From NCBI GenBank assembly GCA_017495115.1, contig JAFEIJ010000030.1:1709-65708 (forward strand): a DNA stretch of 64,000 nucleotides, written 5' to 3'. Position numbers and translations under genes: made by a program. Under the pieces are notes generated by a model that had not been told where the DNA came from, did not search any database, and was given only the letters and a program-made list of their open reading frames with translations. This DNA comes from Chitinophagaceae bacterium. Lineage in GTDB: Bacteria > Bacteroidota > Bacteroidia > Chitinophagales > JADJOU01. Positions 47,768 through 58,307 of this stretch are shown one piece after another. Numbering within the stretch: the first letter of the stretch is position 1; every line of letters begins with the position of its first letter.

Positions 47768-49984
47768 TTAGAAATTAATTACTTTAAATTCGGTTCTTCG
47801 ATTCATCTGATGTTCGTATTCCGAACAATCATTTTTGGTTACACATCTACAATTATTTACTGGCATTGTTTCACCATAACCTCTGAAAGATAATCGATTT
47901 CGCTCAACACCACGAGAAGCGATATACTCCATAGAAGACTGCGCTCTTTTTTGAGATAATACTAAATTGGCTTGATCAGAGCCTCTGCAATCCGTATGCG
48001 AACCCATTTCGATAACTAAAGTAGGATTTTCGTACATAATTCGAACAATTTTTTCTAACTCATTCGCAGCGTCGGGTCTGATATTCCACTTATTTACATC
48101 AAAATAAATATTGTCAATTTTGAAGACTTTATTTTTCTCAATTTTTTCAAGACAAACGTCCACATTTACATTTTGATTAATATTTTCAGGACGGGTTCTC
48201 ACACTTTCTGTTTTAGCTAAATATCGAGTTCCATCTTGATTTACTTTGAAAATTCGAACTTGATACTCGTCGTTCAAAGCAATACCGCCTACTTTTAAGG
48301 TTCCATTTGCTTTTGTAAAGGCTCCTACTTCGTCGCCAGAAGACATTTGCTTTAACGTTACATTGGCATCAGGAAGCATTTGTCCAGTTTGACAATCTTT
48401 TACACTTAATACAAATTTTGTTGTTGGAGATAAATCCTCTTCCAATTGAACAACAACTATTTTTGTTTCATTGAAATTCTTTAATACCGCAGTATTTTTT
48501 TTGTATCCTTCTTTTGACACATTCAAACTACATAATTTGGTAGAAACCAATGAAGTTTTGTACTCGCCATCCTTATTTGTTGTAATATCTGGGTTATTAA
48601 TACAATCTGCAGCAATTTTTGCAGATTCAATAGGATTTTTTGTTTTAGCGTCAATAACTTTTACCGTTAGCATAACATCAACGCTTTTCCAATGATAGAT
48701 GTCATCATTTCCGATGCCTCCGTTTCTATTTGAAGAAAAGAATCCTTCTTTATTATCTTTATCAATAATAAAACCAAAGTCGTCATCTTTTGTATTGATA
48801 GGGTTTCCTAAATTTTCTGGAGTTTCATATTCTTCATTGGCAAATTTTGCTTTAAATATATCTAAGCCTCCTAAACCAGGCAATCCATCTGAAGCAAAAC
48901 ATAATGTTCCATCCGCTGCGATATAAGGGAATTTTTCTTCTCCTGGCGTATTGATTTTTGGACCTAAATTTTCTGGAGTTCCCCATCCCATTCCTACTCT
49001 TCTCACTTTCCATAAATCAGTACCTCCAAAACCACCTGGCATGTTACTAGCAAAAATTAACTCATCGTCATTTGGAGATAAAGCAGGGTGTGCATATGAA
49101 TAATCATCTGCATTTGGTGCACTATTTAATTTAATTTCAGTAACATCGGTCCATTCATCAAGTGAACCCGAATACGTTACTCTAAAGATCTTTAAGTTTA
49201 CTGTTTTTTTGTCAGATGCTACTACCGTTTTGTTCTTATTATTTTCATAATTTGTTCTTGTTAAATACATAACGCCATAGTCCTTTGTAAATGTCATAGG
49301 ACCTTGCATATAAGATTGATCCATTTTCTTGAAGAAAGGTTTTCCTTGTTGAAAATTGTAAGACTTATTTCCTTCTGCTACAAATACATCGGTAAACATA
49401 TCATAATTGGTTTCAACAAGCTTAAAACCACTTCCTTGACGATTTTTTGATGTCGTAATGTATAAAATACTTCTATTTCTATAAAATATTGGTGAAAAAT
49501 CCGCTTGACGTGAATTTAATTCGCCTACATTTCTGATTTTAATAGATTTATTCGGTGTTGCAATGGATTGAAAGTACTCTTCATTAATATTTGTCAACTT
49601 AGCATCTGCTTGACTTTCAGTAAAAAAATTATTGTAAACTTCCGAAGCTTCTTTAAAGGTGCCTTTAGAGGACAACATTTGAGCATATCTTAATTTAGCT
49701 CTGCTCGACATAAATCCAGAATTATTTGCTTCCGACAATAATTTTAATGCTTCATTACTGTTTGGGTCTATTATTAATAGAACATTAGCGAGCTTCTCAC
49801 TTACTTTATAATTTCTTGGATTGGTCTCTAATTCTTTTTTGTAACTTTTGATTGCTTTATCTAACATAAACTTTTGAGCGGCATCATCTCCATCTTTTTC
49901 ATCTCCTGATATAGCCTGCGCATTCAAGTTTATTAAAGTACTGAAAGCAAATAAAGTAATCAGTATTTTTATTGTATTTTTCAT
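47768..49984 (-). CDS. OmpA-family protein with TPR, PD40 (TolB-like beta-propeller) and carboxypeptidase-regulatory-like regions
   Basis: 738 aa. Signal peptide. PD40-like FSPIFYRN, LSPNDDELIFASN, YIAADGTLCFASD, GFFSSNRNGGIGNDDIY. C-terminal OmpA domain MGSHTDCRGSDQANLVLSQKRAQS...NRRTEFKVINF. Confidence 0.8.
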   Translation of the reverse strand: MKNTIKILITLFAFSTLINLNAQAISGDEKDGDDAAQKFMLDKAIKSYKKELETNPRNYKVSEKLANVLLIIDPNSNEALKLLSEANNSGFMSSRAKLRYAQMLSSKGTFKEASEVYNNFFTESQADAKLTNINEEYFQSIATPNKSIKIRNVGELNSRQADFSPIFYRNRSILYITTSKNRQGSGFKLVETNYDMFTDVFVAEGNKSYNFQQGKPFFKKMDQSYMQGPMTFTKDYGVMYLTRTNYENNKNKTVVASDKKTVNLKIFRVTYSGSLDEWTDVTEIKLNSAPNADDYSYAHPALSPNDDELIFASNMPGGFGGTDLWKVRRVGMGWGTPENLGPKINTPGEEKFPYIAADGTLCFASDGLPGLGGLDIFKAKFANEEYETPENLGNPINTKDDDFGFIIDKDNKEGFFSSNRNGGIGNDDIYHWKSVDVMLTVKVIDAKTKNPIESAKIAADCINNPDITTNKDGEYKTSLVSTKLCSLNVSKEGYKKNTAVLKNFNETKIVVVQLEEDLSPTTKFVLSVKDCQTGQMLPDANVTLKQMSSGDEVGAFTKANGTLKVGGIALNDEYQVRIFKVNQDGTRYLAKTESVRTRPENINQNVNVDVCLEKIEKNKVFKIDNIYFDVNKWNIRPDAANELEKIVRIMYENPTLVIEMGSHTDCRGSDQANLVLSQKRAQSSMEYIASRGVERNRLSFRGYGETMPVNNCRCVTKNDCSEYEHQMNRRTEFKVINF

Positions 49985-50029
49985 TTTAAATTTTTTAAAT
50001 TCTTAAGAATATGGTTTAAACTCTATCTT

Positions 50030-51007
50030 CTAGAAATAGTTAACATAACGAGGTGAAATAAATCGGTCTTTCTTATTATTTGAGAAATACATTCCTAAAT
50101 ACAATTCGTGAGAACCCGAAGTAGCTTGTCTTAATCGAGACAAATGATAATCATAAGAATATCCAACTTCAAGATTTTGGTTTACTAACATTTTGAATAT
50201 CCCAACAATAGCCTCGCCATTAAAGAAACTATAATTTACACCTCTATCATCAGATAAAACATCTCCACCAAAACGGAACCCAACACCTAACCAAAAACGT
50301 TCTTGTAATAAGAAATTAAGGTTTAAATCAAGGTTTGGATTTGAATTATCACTAAATTTATAAAATGCTTGTGGCTTAATTTTCATGCCATCTTCTTTAC
50401 CAAAAACATATCCAGCTGAAAAGAAATAGTGGTTATACTGTCTTGAAAGTGGATTCGTTCCTCCAGAATCAACATCATTTTTATATTTTAACTTTAAAAA
50501 ATGGGGAACACTAGCTCCTACAAAATATCTTTTTGAAAATAAATAGGCTCCTGCTCCAAAGTTAGGGATAAAGGTACTTAAATTAGATAAATTCTCATTA
50601 TCTATTAACGATGCTCTTAATCGATTGTCTGATAAATTAAATATACTTGCCATTAATCCTAAAGACAAACGAGTTTCCTCAGTTAAACGAATCCGATATG
50701 CGTAGTTAATGTCTAAGCCCACATTATTAATCAATCCAAGCTTGTCATATTTAATATTAGCTCCTAAAGCCATATTTTTGTTTCCTAATGGAGAGTGGAA
50801 AGATAAATTGCCCGATCTTGGCGCTCCTTCAATTCCGACCCACTGATATCTAAAAATTCCTGACATTTGTGCTCTGTCTTGATATCCTACTGTTGCTGGA
50901 TTAACAACCGTTGGGTTAAACATATACATACTGAATGCCATATCTTGCTGTCCATTTACGTTTGAACTCAAGAAAAATAAAGTAATTAATATATAAAATT
51001 TTTTCAT
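50030..51007 (-). CDS. PorP/SprF-family type IX secretion system membrane protein
   Basis: 325 aa. GQQDMAFSMYMFNPTVVNPATVG motif. Beta-rich remainder. Confidence 0.85.
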   Translation of the reverse strand: MKKFYILITLFFLSSNVNGQQDMAFSMYMFNPTVVNPATVGYQDRAQMSGIFRYQWVGIEGAPRSGNLSFHSPLGNKNMALGANIKYDKLGLINNVGLDINYAYRIRLTEETRLSLGLMASIFNLSDNRLRASLIDNENLSNLSTFIPNFGAGAYLFSKRYFVGASVPHFLKLKYKNDVDSGGTNPLSRQYNHYFFSAGYVFGKEDGMKIKPQAFYKFSDNSNPNLDLNLNFLLQERFWLGVGFRFGGDVLSDDRGVNYSFFNGEAIVGIFKMLVNQNLEVGYSYDYHLSRLRQATSGSHELYLGMYFSNNKKDRFISPRYVNYF

Positions 51008-51146
51008 TTCCTATGCTATTTTGGTAAAAATTAATTAAAAATGATGCAAATATATAGAAACTAAATAACTTATGTTAATTTTTTAACATAAAATATCATT
51101 TAAAACACACTTTTTAAACCTTATCCTAAATAGAATCGACCATTTA

Positions 51147-52097
51147 CTATATCAAACTTTGAATTTGATGCGCTAATCTAAATACTTCAACGCCTTGTTT
51201 TTCATCAATTATTATAGAATCTCCGTGCTTTATAGATTGATAAAAAGAAAACAATTCTTCATAAAGTGCATTTTGATTTTGATTCACTTTATTTTCATAT
51301 ACAAGTTTTTTGGATTTGCCTTCAAAATTGACAAAAGATAATCCTTCTATTTGTTCTTTATCTTCTACGATCTCATATTTTTCCGAATCTTTATTTAGAA
51401 AATCTATAGAAATATAGCCATTATCCGAAAAAACACGCATTTTTCGCATTTTTTTCATTGAAATTCTACTTGCTGTAAGATTTGCCACGCATCCATTTTC
51501 AAATTCTAAACGGACATTGGCAATATCAGGCGTAGCGCTCATAATATTTACGCCAGTTGCATCAATTTTTATGGGATAACTTTTTATAATACTTAAAATG
51601 ATATCTAAATCGTGTATCATCAAATCCATAATGACACTAACTTCTGTTCCTCTAGGATTAAATGGCGCCAATCGGTGTACTTCAAAAAATTTGGGCGCTT
51701 TTATACTATCTTTTATCGATACAAATGCTGGATTAAAACGTTCGATGTGACCAACTTGTAGTTTAGACTTTGAATTTTTTAATAACTCAACGATTTGATT
51801 TGCTTCTTCAATAGAATAACAAATCGGCTTTTCAACGAAAATATGTTTTTGATGTAAAATTCCTTTTTTAATCCATTCAAAATGAAATTGAGTTGGAGTT
51901 ACAATATCTATAATATCCGCGATTTCAAAAATCTGTTCGGCATCTATAATTTTTGGACACTGAAATTTCTCGCTCACTTGATCCATATGCTTCCGATTAA
52001 TATCAAAAGCATATACATTTTCTTTACCTACTATCTGAATCCACTGCTCCACATGATAAGTCCCTAAATGACCAACGCCAACAACAACTACATTCAT
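51147..52097 (-). CDS. Gfo/Idh/MocA-family NAD(P)-dependent oxidoreductase
   Basis: 316 aa. N-terminal Rossmann MNVVVVGVGHLG. EKP motif (VFVEKPI). Confidence 0.75.
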   Translation of the reverse strand: MNVVVVGVGHLGTYHVEQWIQIVGKENVYAFDINRKHMDQVSEKFQCPKIIDAEQIFEIADIIDIVTPTQFHFEWIKKGILHQKHIFVEKPICYSIEEANQIVELLKNSKSKLQVGHIERFNPAFVSIKDSIKAPKFFEVHRLAPFNPRGTEVSVIMDLMIHDLDIILSIIKSYPIKIDATGVNIMSATPDIANVRLEFENGCVANLTASRISMKKMRKMRVFSDNGYISIDFLNKDSEKYEIVEDKEQIEGLSFVNFEGKSKKLVYENKVNQNQNALYEELFSFYQSIKHGDSIIIDEKQGVEVFRLAHQIQSLI

Positions 52098-52106
52098 TTC
52101 AATATA

Positions 52107-54431
52107 TTATCGAATCATTTCAATCTCAACCCTTCTATTTATTGCGCGCCCTGCTTCAGATGCATTGTCTGATTTTGGTTTAGTTGGTCCAAAACCTTCG
52201 GCTTCGATACGTTTACCTTCAATGCCTTTAGATTGCATAAATGTTTTGACGCTTATGGCACGATCCAAAGATAATTTCATATTCTTATCGAGTTTACCAA
52301 CATTATCCGTATGACCTTCAAGTTTTAATTTTAAATCTGTATTGGATTTAAGAATTTGAGCCACCATATTTAAAGACGCAAATGATGATTTCTTGATCAC
52401 CGCGCTTCCTGTCAGAAACTCTAAATTTTCTTGAGCTAATTTAGCTATTTTTTTCTCAACATCTTCAGCCGGGCAACCTCTATTTGCTTTTATTCCATAT
52501 TGTTGAGGACAATCATCTTCGTCATCAGGAATACTGTCGCCATCAAAATCTTTTATTTCTTCAGGGCAACCTTCATTTCCAATTAAACCTACCGTATCAG
52601 GGCATTTATCAATATAATCTGGAACGCCATCGCCATCTCGATCCGGACAGCCATCTAATAATTTAGATCCTACTTCTTTAGGACATTTGTCATAATTATC
52701 TGAAACGCCATCGCCATCGGTGTCAGGACAGCCATAATATTCTTTCAATCCAGCTTCATTAGGGCATTTATCTTCTCTATCAATTATCCCATCTTTATCT
52801 TTATCAGGGCAACCCGCTGTTTCTAAAGGTCCTTTTAATGTTGGGCATTTATCTTCTTTGTCTGGAACGCCGTCTTCATCTTGATCAGGCTCGGCGCATC
52901 CCATATTGTCGCAATTTCCAGGAACATCTTTACATTTATCTAATTTATCCGAAATTAAATCTTTATCTTTATCTTTCGGTACGCCTTTATTTACAATTGG
53001 AACATTTATACTAAAATGAAATCCAGCGTTGCGAGATTGCTGTTTAAATCCAGCAATACCCATTAAATCTTGTATTCCAAAGTTTAAGAAAAATAAACGC
53101 ATGCCAAACCCAGCATTAAATTCTTGACTGAGCATGCTATATCCCAAAGGAAAATATAATCCTACTGCTTTACCTTCCCATCTTGGTATTAATCCAAAAG
53201 ACGTATTATTAATTTTTGAACCCGTTTCGTTATTAATCACAAACCCAAAAGTGGTATTCGCGGCAATAAAAAATCCTTTCCAAATTCGGTAATCAATAAA
53301 TGCATTAACCGTTGTTGGAGTCCAAACGCTATATTTCTTTATTGTGGTGTCAATGATTAAACCATTGGTATCCGCAAAACCTGAGAGCGCTTTTAATGAA
53401 TCAATGAAATCGTATTGTTTAAAAGGTTTATTAATTGTTTTAAATCTACCTCCATTAAACTTAGAGCTATCAAAAGTAAATGATTGCAAAGCAACCGATG
53501 GCTCGAAAGGAACGGTTCCAAAATCGATAACACTCACTCCTATTCGATATTTATATTTATTTAAATCATTTCTTAAATTATCCGTTCTACAATCCATCTC
53601 ATAGGTATAATCTTTTCCATCTCTTTTTTCAAAAATAAAGCCTAAATCAGCGCCAAGGCCCATATTAGAAAGACTAAATGAAGGGGATTGAAACTTTCCA
53701 TCTCTACCATAAAAAGGTGTTCCGAACTGCGACGTCATGGTACCATTAGCCGTAGTATAATTATCACGATCTAGTATATCAAGATATAAATTATCTGATT
53801 TAAAATAAGCGCCCAAGATCCCAAAATTCGCTTTAAGTGTCACGGCTGCTTTTAAATATTTTCCTTTTTTATTAAATAGCTCTCTTCCGTAAGTAAATCC
53901 AATATAACTCCACGTTGTGGAATTAATAGCTAAATCTTGACTGGAATTTGGCTTCCAAGTGCTTGTATCTTTTGAATCATAAGAAAATCGAGCTACAATC
54001 TCACTTACATTTGAAAACGAATGTACCGACTTAATACCTGTTGAAAGCCCAATCGAATGCTTATGATTAAGATTATACATAAAGCTAAACGTCGGAATTT
54101 CGATATAAGCATATCCTGACTTTCCTTTTCCATTAAGATTTTCAATCAAATATTCTCTTCGATTTGAATCTTTCATATTGGACTGCCCTTGTCTTAATTC
54201 CTCAAACATTTTTTTACTAACTCCAAGGTAATCGTTATTCACATTGAGATTTAATCCAAATAAATTCATATGAAATTTATAGCGACTATCTACAATTTCG
54301 GCTGGATTTACTCGCAATCCATGAACTCCTGCAAATGGCGTATTGTATGAACCTAAACTTAATTGCGCATTTATTTTAATTGAAATGAATATCAATAGAA
54401 TGAAGCAAACTTTTTTAATCAACGCTGTCAT
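52107..54431 (-). CDS. OmpA-family outer-membrane protein with an N-terminal porin-like domain and thrombospondin type-3 repeats
   Basis: 774 aa. Signal peptide. About 480-aa beta-rich region. Repeated D.D.DG..D..DKCP...G units (at least 6). C-terminal OmpA domain LEGHTDNVGKLDKNMKLSLDRA...NRRVEIEMIR. Confidence 0.85.
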   Translation of the reverse strand: MTALIKKVCFILLIFISIKINAQLSLGSYNTPFAGVHGLRVNPAEIVDSRYKFHMNLFGLNLNVNNDYLGVSKKMFEELRQGQSNMKDSNRREYLIENLNGKGKSGYAYIEIPTFSFMYNLNHKHSIGLSTGIKSVHSFSNVSEIVARFSYDSKDTSTWKPNSSQDLAINSTTWSYIGFTYGRELFNKKGKYLKAAVTLKANFGILGAYFKSDNLYLDILDRDNYTTANGTMTSQFGTPFYGRDGKFQSPSFSLSNMGLGADLGFIFEKRDGKDYTYEMDCRTDNLRNDLNKYKYRIGVSVIDFGTVPFEPSVALQSFTFDSSKFNGGRFKTINKPFKQYDFIDSLKALSGFADTNGLIIDTTIKKYSVWTPTTVNAFIDYRIWKGFFIAANTTFGFVINNETGSKINNTSFGLIPRWEGKAVGLYFPLGYSMLSQEFNAGFGMRLFFLNFGIQDLMGIAGFKQQSRNAGFHFSINVPIVNKGVPKDKDKDLISDKLDKCKDVPGNCDNMGCAEPDQDEDGVPDKEDKCPTLKGPLETAGCPDKDKDGIIDREDKCPNEAGLKEYYGCPDTDGDGVSDNYDKCPKEVGSKLLDGCPDRDGDGVPDYIDKCPDTVGLIGNEGCPEEIKDFDGDSIPDDEDDCPQQYGIKANRGCPAEDVEKKIAKLAQENLEFLTGSAVIKKSSFASLNMVAQILKSNTDLKLKLEGHTDNVGKLDKNMKLSLDRAISVKTFMQSKGIEGKRIEAEGFGPTKPKSDNASEAGRAINRRVEIEMIR

Positions 54432-54515
54432 AATTTTTAAAAATTACGCAAATGTAAAAATATTTTAATAAATAATGAATAAATGATTTGAAAAATTAAC
54501 CTTTAAAGCTTGTAT

Positions 54516-55433
54516 CTACTTTAAATTTTGGTTAATGACGTCCGAAATACTTGGCTCGATAGTTTGCATTGCGGCAATAACGCGTTTTTTGATTTCTGGA
54601 CTTTCGTTTTTAAACATACCAAAAAGCTCATTTTGTTTTGACAAAACAAACATGTTAATGATATAGTTTTGGTTTATTTTTTGAGCTTCTTTTATGGATT
54701 CTAAGGCTTTAACAATATTTTCTTTAGCCAGTTTTGGATTCTCTTCCATCAAATCCAATCCGTTAATATGATAATCGGCAATAGCTTTTCGATAGCTGTC
54801 CATACGTGTATTGGTAAACGATAGCGCCATCGCAACTTTGGAGCGTTGACCGGATATGGTTTGTGCTTCACTTCTTTTAAATCCTAAAACACTTTCGCCG
54901 CCTTCATTAGCACTTTGAGGTATAATATCACATAAATTTAATGCTTTTTCAAACATTTCGTTGCCCGATTTTTCTTTAAAAGTCTCTTTATCTAAAGCAA
55001 TCATCATATACGCATAAAACGCTAAATTGGCACCTAAACTTCCATTGTACACATTGTCTGAAAAGACAATTGGATCATTTTCTACGTAAGAAAAAGGTAT
55101 GCTTTTTTCTATATGTCTAAAAACTTGTGTCGTATAGCTGGTATTATAAACGGGACGCTCGCTTTGAAAGGTAAAATCGGCTTTGAACAAATCTATTTTT
55201 GGAATATCTGTGATATTTACAATCAAATTGCAATTAATCTTTTGCGCATTCGAATATTCTTGATCGGACCATTTTTTTAAACTTATAAAATCTTGAATCG
55301 TTTTTTCAAGTGTTTTAAAAATTCGTGGATTGATAGATGTCGAATTTGTGGTTGCGTTTACCGTTACTTTTACATTCAATTCCTGTGCAGAAAGATTTTG
55401 TAAAATAAATAAAAATATAAATAAATATTTCAT
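54516..55433 (-). CDS. DUF4835-family protein
   Basis: 305 aa. Signal peptide, then AQELNVKVTVNATTNSTSINPRIFKTLEKTIQDFI...W, which matches the N-terminal pattern I recall for DUF4835 proteins of Bacteroidota. Confidence 0.6.
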   Translation of the reverse strand: MKYLFIFLFILQNLSAQELNVKVTVNATTNSTSINPRIFKTLEKTIQDFISLKKWSDQEYSNAQKINCNLIVNITDIPKIDLFKADFTFQSERPVYNTSYTTQVFRHIEKSIPFSYVENDPIVFSDNVYNGSLGANLAFYAYMMIALDKETFKEKSGNEMFEKALNLCDIIPQSANEGGESVLGFKRSEAQTISGQRSKVAMALSFTNTRMDSYRKAIADYHINGLDLMEENPKLAKENIVKALESIKEAQKINQNYIINMFVLSKQNELFGMFKNESPEIKKRVIAAMQTIEPSISDVINQNLK

Positions 55434-55561
55434 GTTTTATAGCTCAAACGTAAGCAAATATATAATTATTTTATCAATTGAATTAAAATAGTATGTTCGA
55501 TTCACATTCTTTTTCCACGAAAAAAAAGAAAAAAAGTTATTTTTACAACAAAAAATTAACC

Positions 55562-56467
55562 TTGAATATAAAAATACTTGGAAGCAATAGTGCTTCGCCA
55601 GCCCATGGGAGGCATCCTTCAAGCCAAATGCTTGAATTAGATAACTCTTTTTATATGATTGATTGTGGCGAAGGTACTCAATTTCGATTGATTGAAAATC
55701 ATTTATCCTATCAAAAAATTGAAGCTATATTTATTTCACATCTTCATGGAGACCATTATTTGGGTCTAATTGGTTTACTTACAACCATGAGCATGAATAA
55801 TCGTGAAAAAAAACTAGATATTATTGCACCAAAAGGTTTAAAAGAAATTGTAGACGTGCAATGTTTGTATTCAAAAACAATACTTCGTTTTCCTATTGAA
55901 TTTCATGTGATTGACACTCTTTCTAATCAAAAAATTTGGGAAAATGAACTTATGGAGGTTTTTTCAATACCTTTAGTTCATAAAATAGAAACAAGTGGTT
56001 TTTTATTTAAAGAAAAACCTAAAAAACGAAATATTATTAAAGAAAAAATCCAATTGCTTAATATCGCTGTTGAGGACATTATTGCAATTAAAAATGGAGC
56101 GGACTTCACAGACAAAAACGGCCAATTGCACAGTTATGAATCGCTAACCTATCAGCCTCATATTCCCAAAATATATGCGTATTGCAGTGATACAGAATAT
56201 TCTGAAGCGATTATCCCTATAGTTTCAGAAATTGATTTGCTTTATCATGAAGCTACATTTATGGATGTTCATAAAGCACGGGCTGCCGAAACCAAGCATT
56301 CCACCTCCGTTCAAGCGGCTACAATAGCTCAAAAAAGCAACGTGAAAAATTTATTAATTGGTCATTATTCCTCTCGATACGAAAATTTAGATGGTTTATT
56401 AGACGAAGCTAAAGGTGTTTTTATAAATACAAAACTAGCCTTAGAAGGCGATTGGTATTCCGTATAA
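55562..56467 (+). CDS. rnz: Ribonuclease Z
   Basis: The TTG at 55562 gives (M)NIKILGSNSASP..., the normal RNase Z N-terminus. Metallo-beta-lactamase motif HLHGDH. The ORF-track start at 55493 adds an implausible K-rich leader. Confidence 0.85.
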   Translation: MNIKILGSNSASPAHGRHPSSQMLELDNSFYMIDCGEGTQFRLIENHLSYQKIEAIFISHLHGDHYLGLIGLLTTMSMNNREKKLDIIAPKGLKEIVDVQCLYSKTILRFPIEFHVIDTLSNQKIWENELMEVFSIPLVHKIETSGFLFKEKPKKRNIIKEKIQLLNIAVEDIIAIKNGADFTDKNGQLHSYESLTYQPHIPKIYAYCSDTEYSEAIIPIVSEIDLLYHEATFMDVHKARAAETKHSTSVQAATIAQKSNVKNLLIGHYSSRYENLDGLLDEAKGVFINTKLALEGDWYSV

Positions 56468-56468
56468 A

Positions 56469-58289
56469 CTAATGATTTTTTAAATCATCAACCAAGTATT
56501 GCATCAAATACATAGGTGTTTTGTGGTTTTTCATAACTTTTGAGTCATTTTCATTTACAGGCCATCTATAATCTTGATTGAATTGCGTATCTGCATTTTG
56601 AAAATAATATCCATCAACAAACGTACTAAATGTAAACGGTATATTGTTTGAGAAATAATTTCTCGAAAATTTTAAATATTGTTTTTCTTTCCATCCTAAA
56701 ATATGCATCAACGTAGCGGGGAAATCATTTTGAGCGAAATATTTTTTGTTATCAAAATTTGAATTTAGACTTGAAGGACTGAATATAATTAAAGGAATAT
56801 GAAATCGTGTTGAAGAAGCTATGGAAATGTCTTGAGGATAATGATGTGCGTGGTCCGAAGTAATGATAAAAATTGTATTTTTATAACAGGGCTGCTTTTC
56901 TATTTTTTTAAAAAATTGAGACAAAGCGTTGTCTAAATATCGTGCGGCTTGTAAATAATTTTGCGCTTCGTCCGACGAAGGTTGTTGCCCAGGTATATCG
57001 AAAGGCGTATGGGTACTTTGAGTAAGGATTTGATAAAAAAACGGTGCTTTTTGAGTTGAAATTTCGGATACCGCTTTATTAAACAAAATAGCATCTGGCA
57101 CGCCAAGTTTTTGAAAGCGATCGGCTTTATTAAACGCATTGACATCTTTAATAGATTGAAAACCAATGGATTTCAAATAGGCTTTTACATTCATAAACTC
57201 AATATCACCACCGAAAAGAAAGTTTGTTTGATACGATTTGTTTCGAAACGTCTGAATGATTGAAGGCATATTTTTAAGCGCATTGACATCATCGGTAAGA
57301 TTATTAAAAGGCAAGGATAATGCGCCCGACAATAAAGAAGCTAAACCTTGCTCGGTGCGGAAGCCTGTCGCATAAAAATTGCTAAAATAAATCCCTTCTT
57401 TGGATAATGAATCTAAAAAAGGCATGGCTTTTTGTTGATTTAAAGTCGCTTGCATTGCCGCTACTCCAACGCCTTCTAATGTAATAAGCACAATATTAGG
57501 ATTTTGCAATTTACAAATCAAATTTGTATCCGTAAGATTTGTTTCGTCAGAAAATAATTGATTGATATATTGATTTACATTTTTTTCATCAAACTTCTTA
57601 TATGGATTTCCCTTTATATACGGTGAAAAATTGATTAAAATTGTGAAAAAATTCCAAGTGGAATTGATTGACGCTAAATTATGCACCCGATGGGTCGAAT
57701 GAAAGGCATGGCTTTGTGTTTTTGGAACGACACTAAAACCGCCTCGCAACGCAAAAAAAACAATGGGAATAAGTACTATTTGAAAAAAAAGATATTTCCA
57801 TTTAAATGAAGTCGTTGATTTGTATTGCAATAATTTATTATACATGAATTTCGTCATCATCCAAAAAACGACAACCAATAATATACCAATACCTATTTCG
57901 GAAGATGAAATGTTTTTAATGATTTTAAACGGTTGGAACAAATATTTGGCAGCACGATAGTTAAAAATACTTTGCCATTCTCGAAAAAGCGTAAAATCGA
58001 TATACCAAAAAATTAAGAAAATTAAAAAGGTGACCTGAAGCGCAAAAAGCAACCCTTTGGATTTAAAAATATCAATCCAACGAAGTATCCAAATCTGAAA
58101 TAAAACCACGCTCCAATCAAATAAAATACCGTTCCAAATAGTGTTTGACCATTCTATAAACGAAAAATCAGGCGCATATTTAACTAAAAATAAAATCCTC
58201 AAAAGCATTAAAAAAAGTAATGCGAAGAGAAAATGCAAGAACCAAAATATTAAGTTTGTCTTTCGGATAATTAGTTGATTTTTAATCAA
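56469..58289 (-). CDS. LTA-synthase-family sulfatase / phosphoglycerol-transferase-like membrane protein
   Basis: 606 aa. About 5 N-terminal TMs, then an alkaline-phosphatase-superfamily domain (VLITLEGVG, TEQGL, TSDHAHH). Confidence 0.7.
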   Translation of the reverse strand: MIKNQLIIRKTNLIFWFLHFLFALLFLMLLRILFLVKYAPDFSFIEWSNTIWNGILFDWSVVLFQIWILRWIDIFKSKGLLFALQVTFLIFLIFWYIDFTLFREWQSIFNYRAAKYLFQPFKIIKNISSSEIGIGILLVVVFWMMTKFMYNKLLQYKSTTSFKWKYLFFQIVLIPIVFFALRGGFSVVPKTQSHAFHSTHRVHNLASINSTWNFFTILINFSPYIKGNPYKKFDEKNVNQYINQLFSDETNLTDTNLICKLQNPNIVLITLEGVGVAAMQATLNQQKAMPFLDSLSKEGIYFSNFYATGFRTEQGLASLLSGALSLPFNNLTDDVNALKNMPSIIQTFRNKSYQTNFLFGGDIEFMNVKAYLKSIGFQSIKDVNAFNKADRFQKLGVPDAILFNKAVSEISTQKAPFFYQILTQSTHTPFDIPGQQPSSDEAQNYLQAARYLDNALSQFFKKIEKQPCYKNTIFIITSDHAHHYPQDISIASSTRFHIPLIIFSPSSLNSNFDNKKYFAQNDFPATLMHILGWKEKQYLKFSRNYFSNNIPFTFSTFVDGYYFQNADTQFNQDYRWPVNENDSKVMKNHKTPMYLMQYLVDDLKNH

Positions 58290-58307
58290 ACAAAAATAAA
58301 CGCATTT

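Noticed and set aside
55437-55622. A 61-aa minus-strand ORF, and the K-rich 23-codon leader of the RNase Z ORF (55493-55561).
   Set aside because: The RNase Z N-terminus (NIKILGSNSASP) begins at the TTG at 55562. The other ORFs are A/T-run artefacts in the intergenic region.
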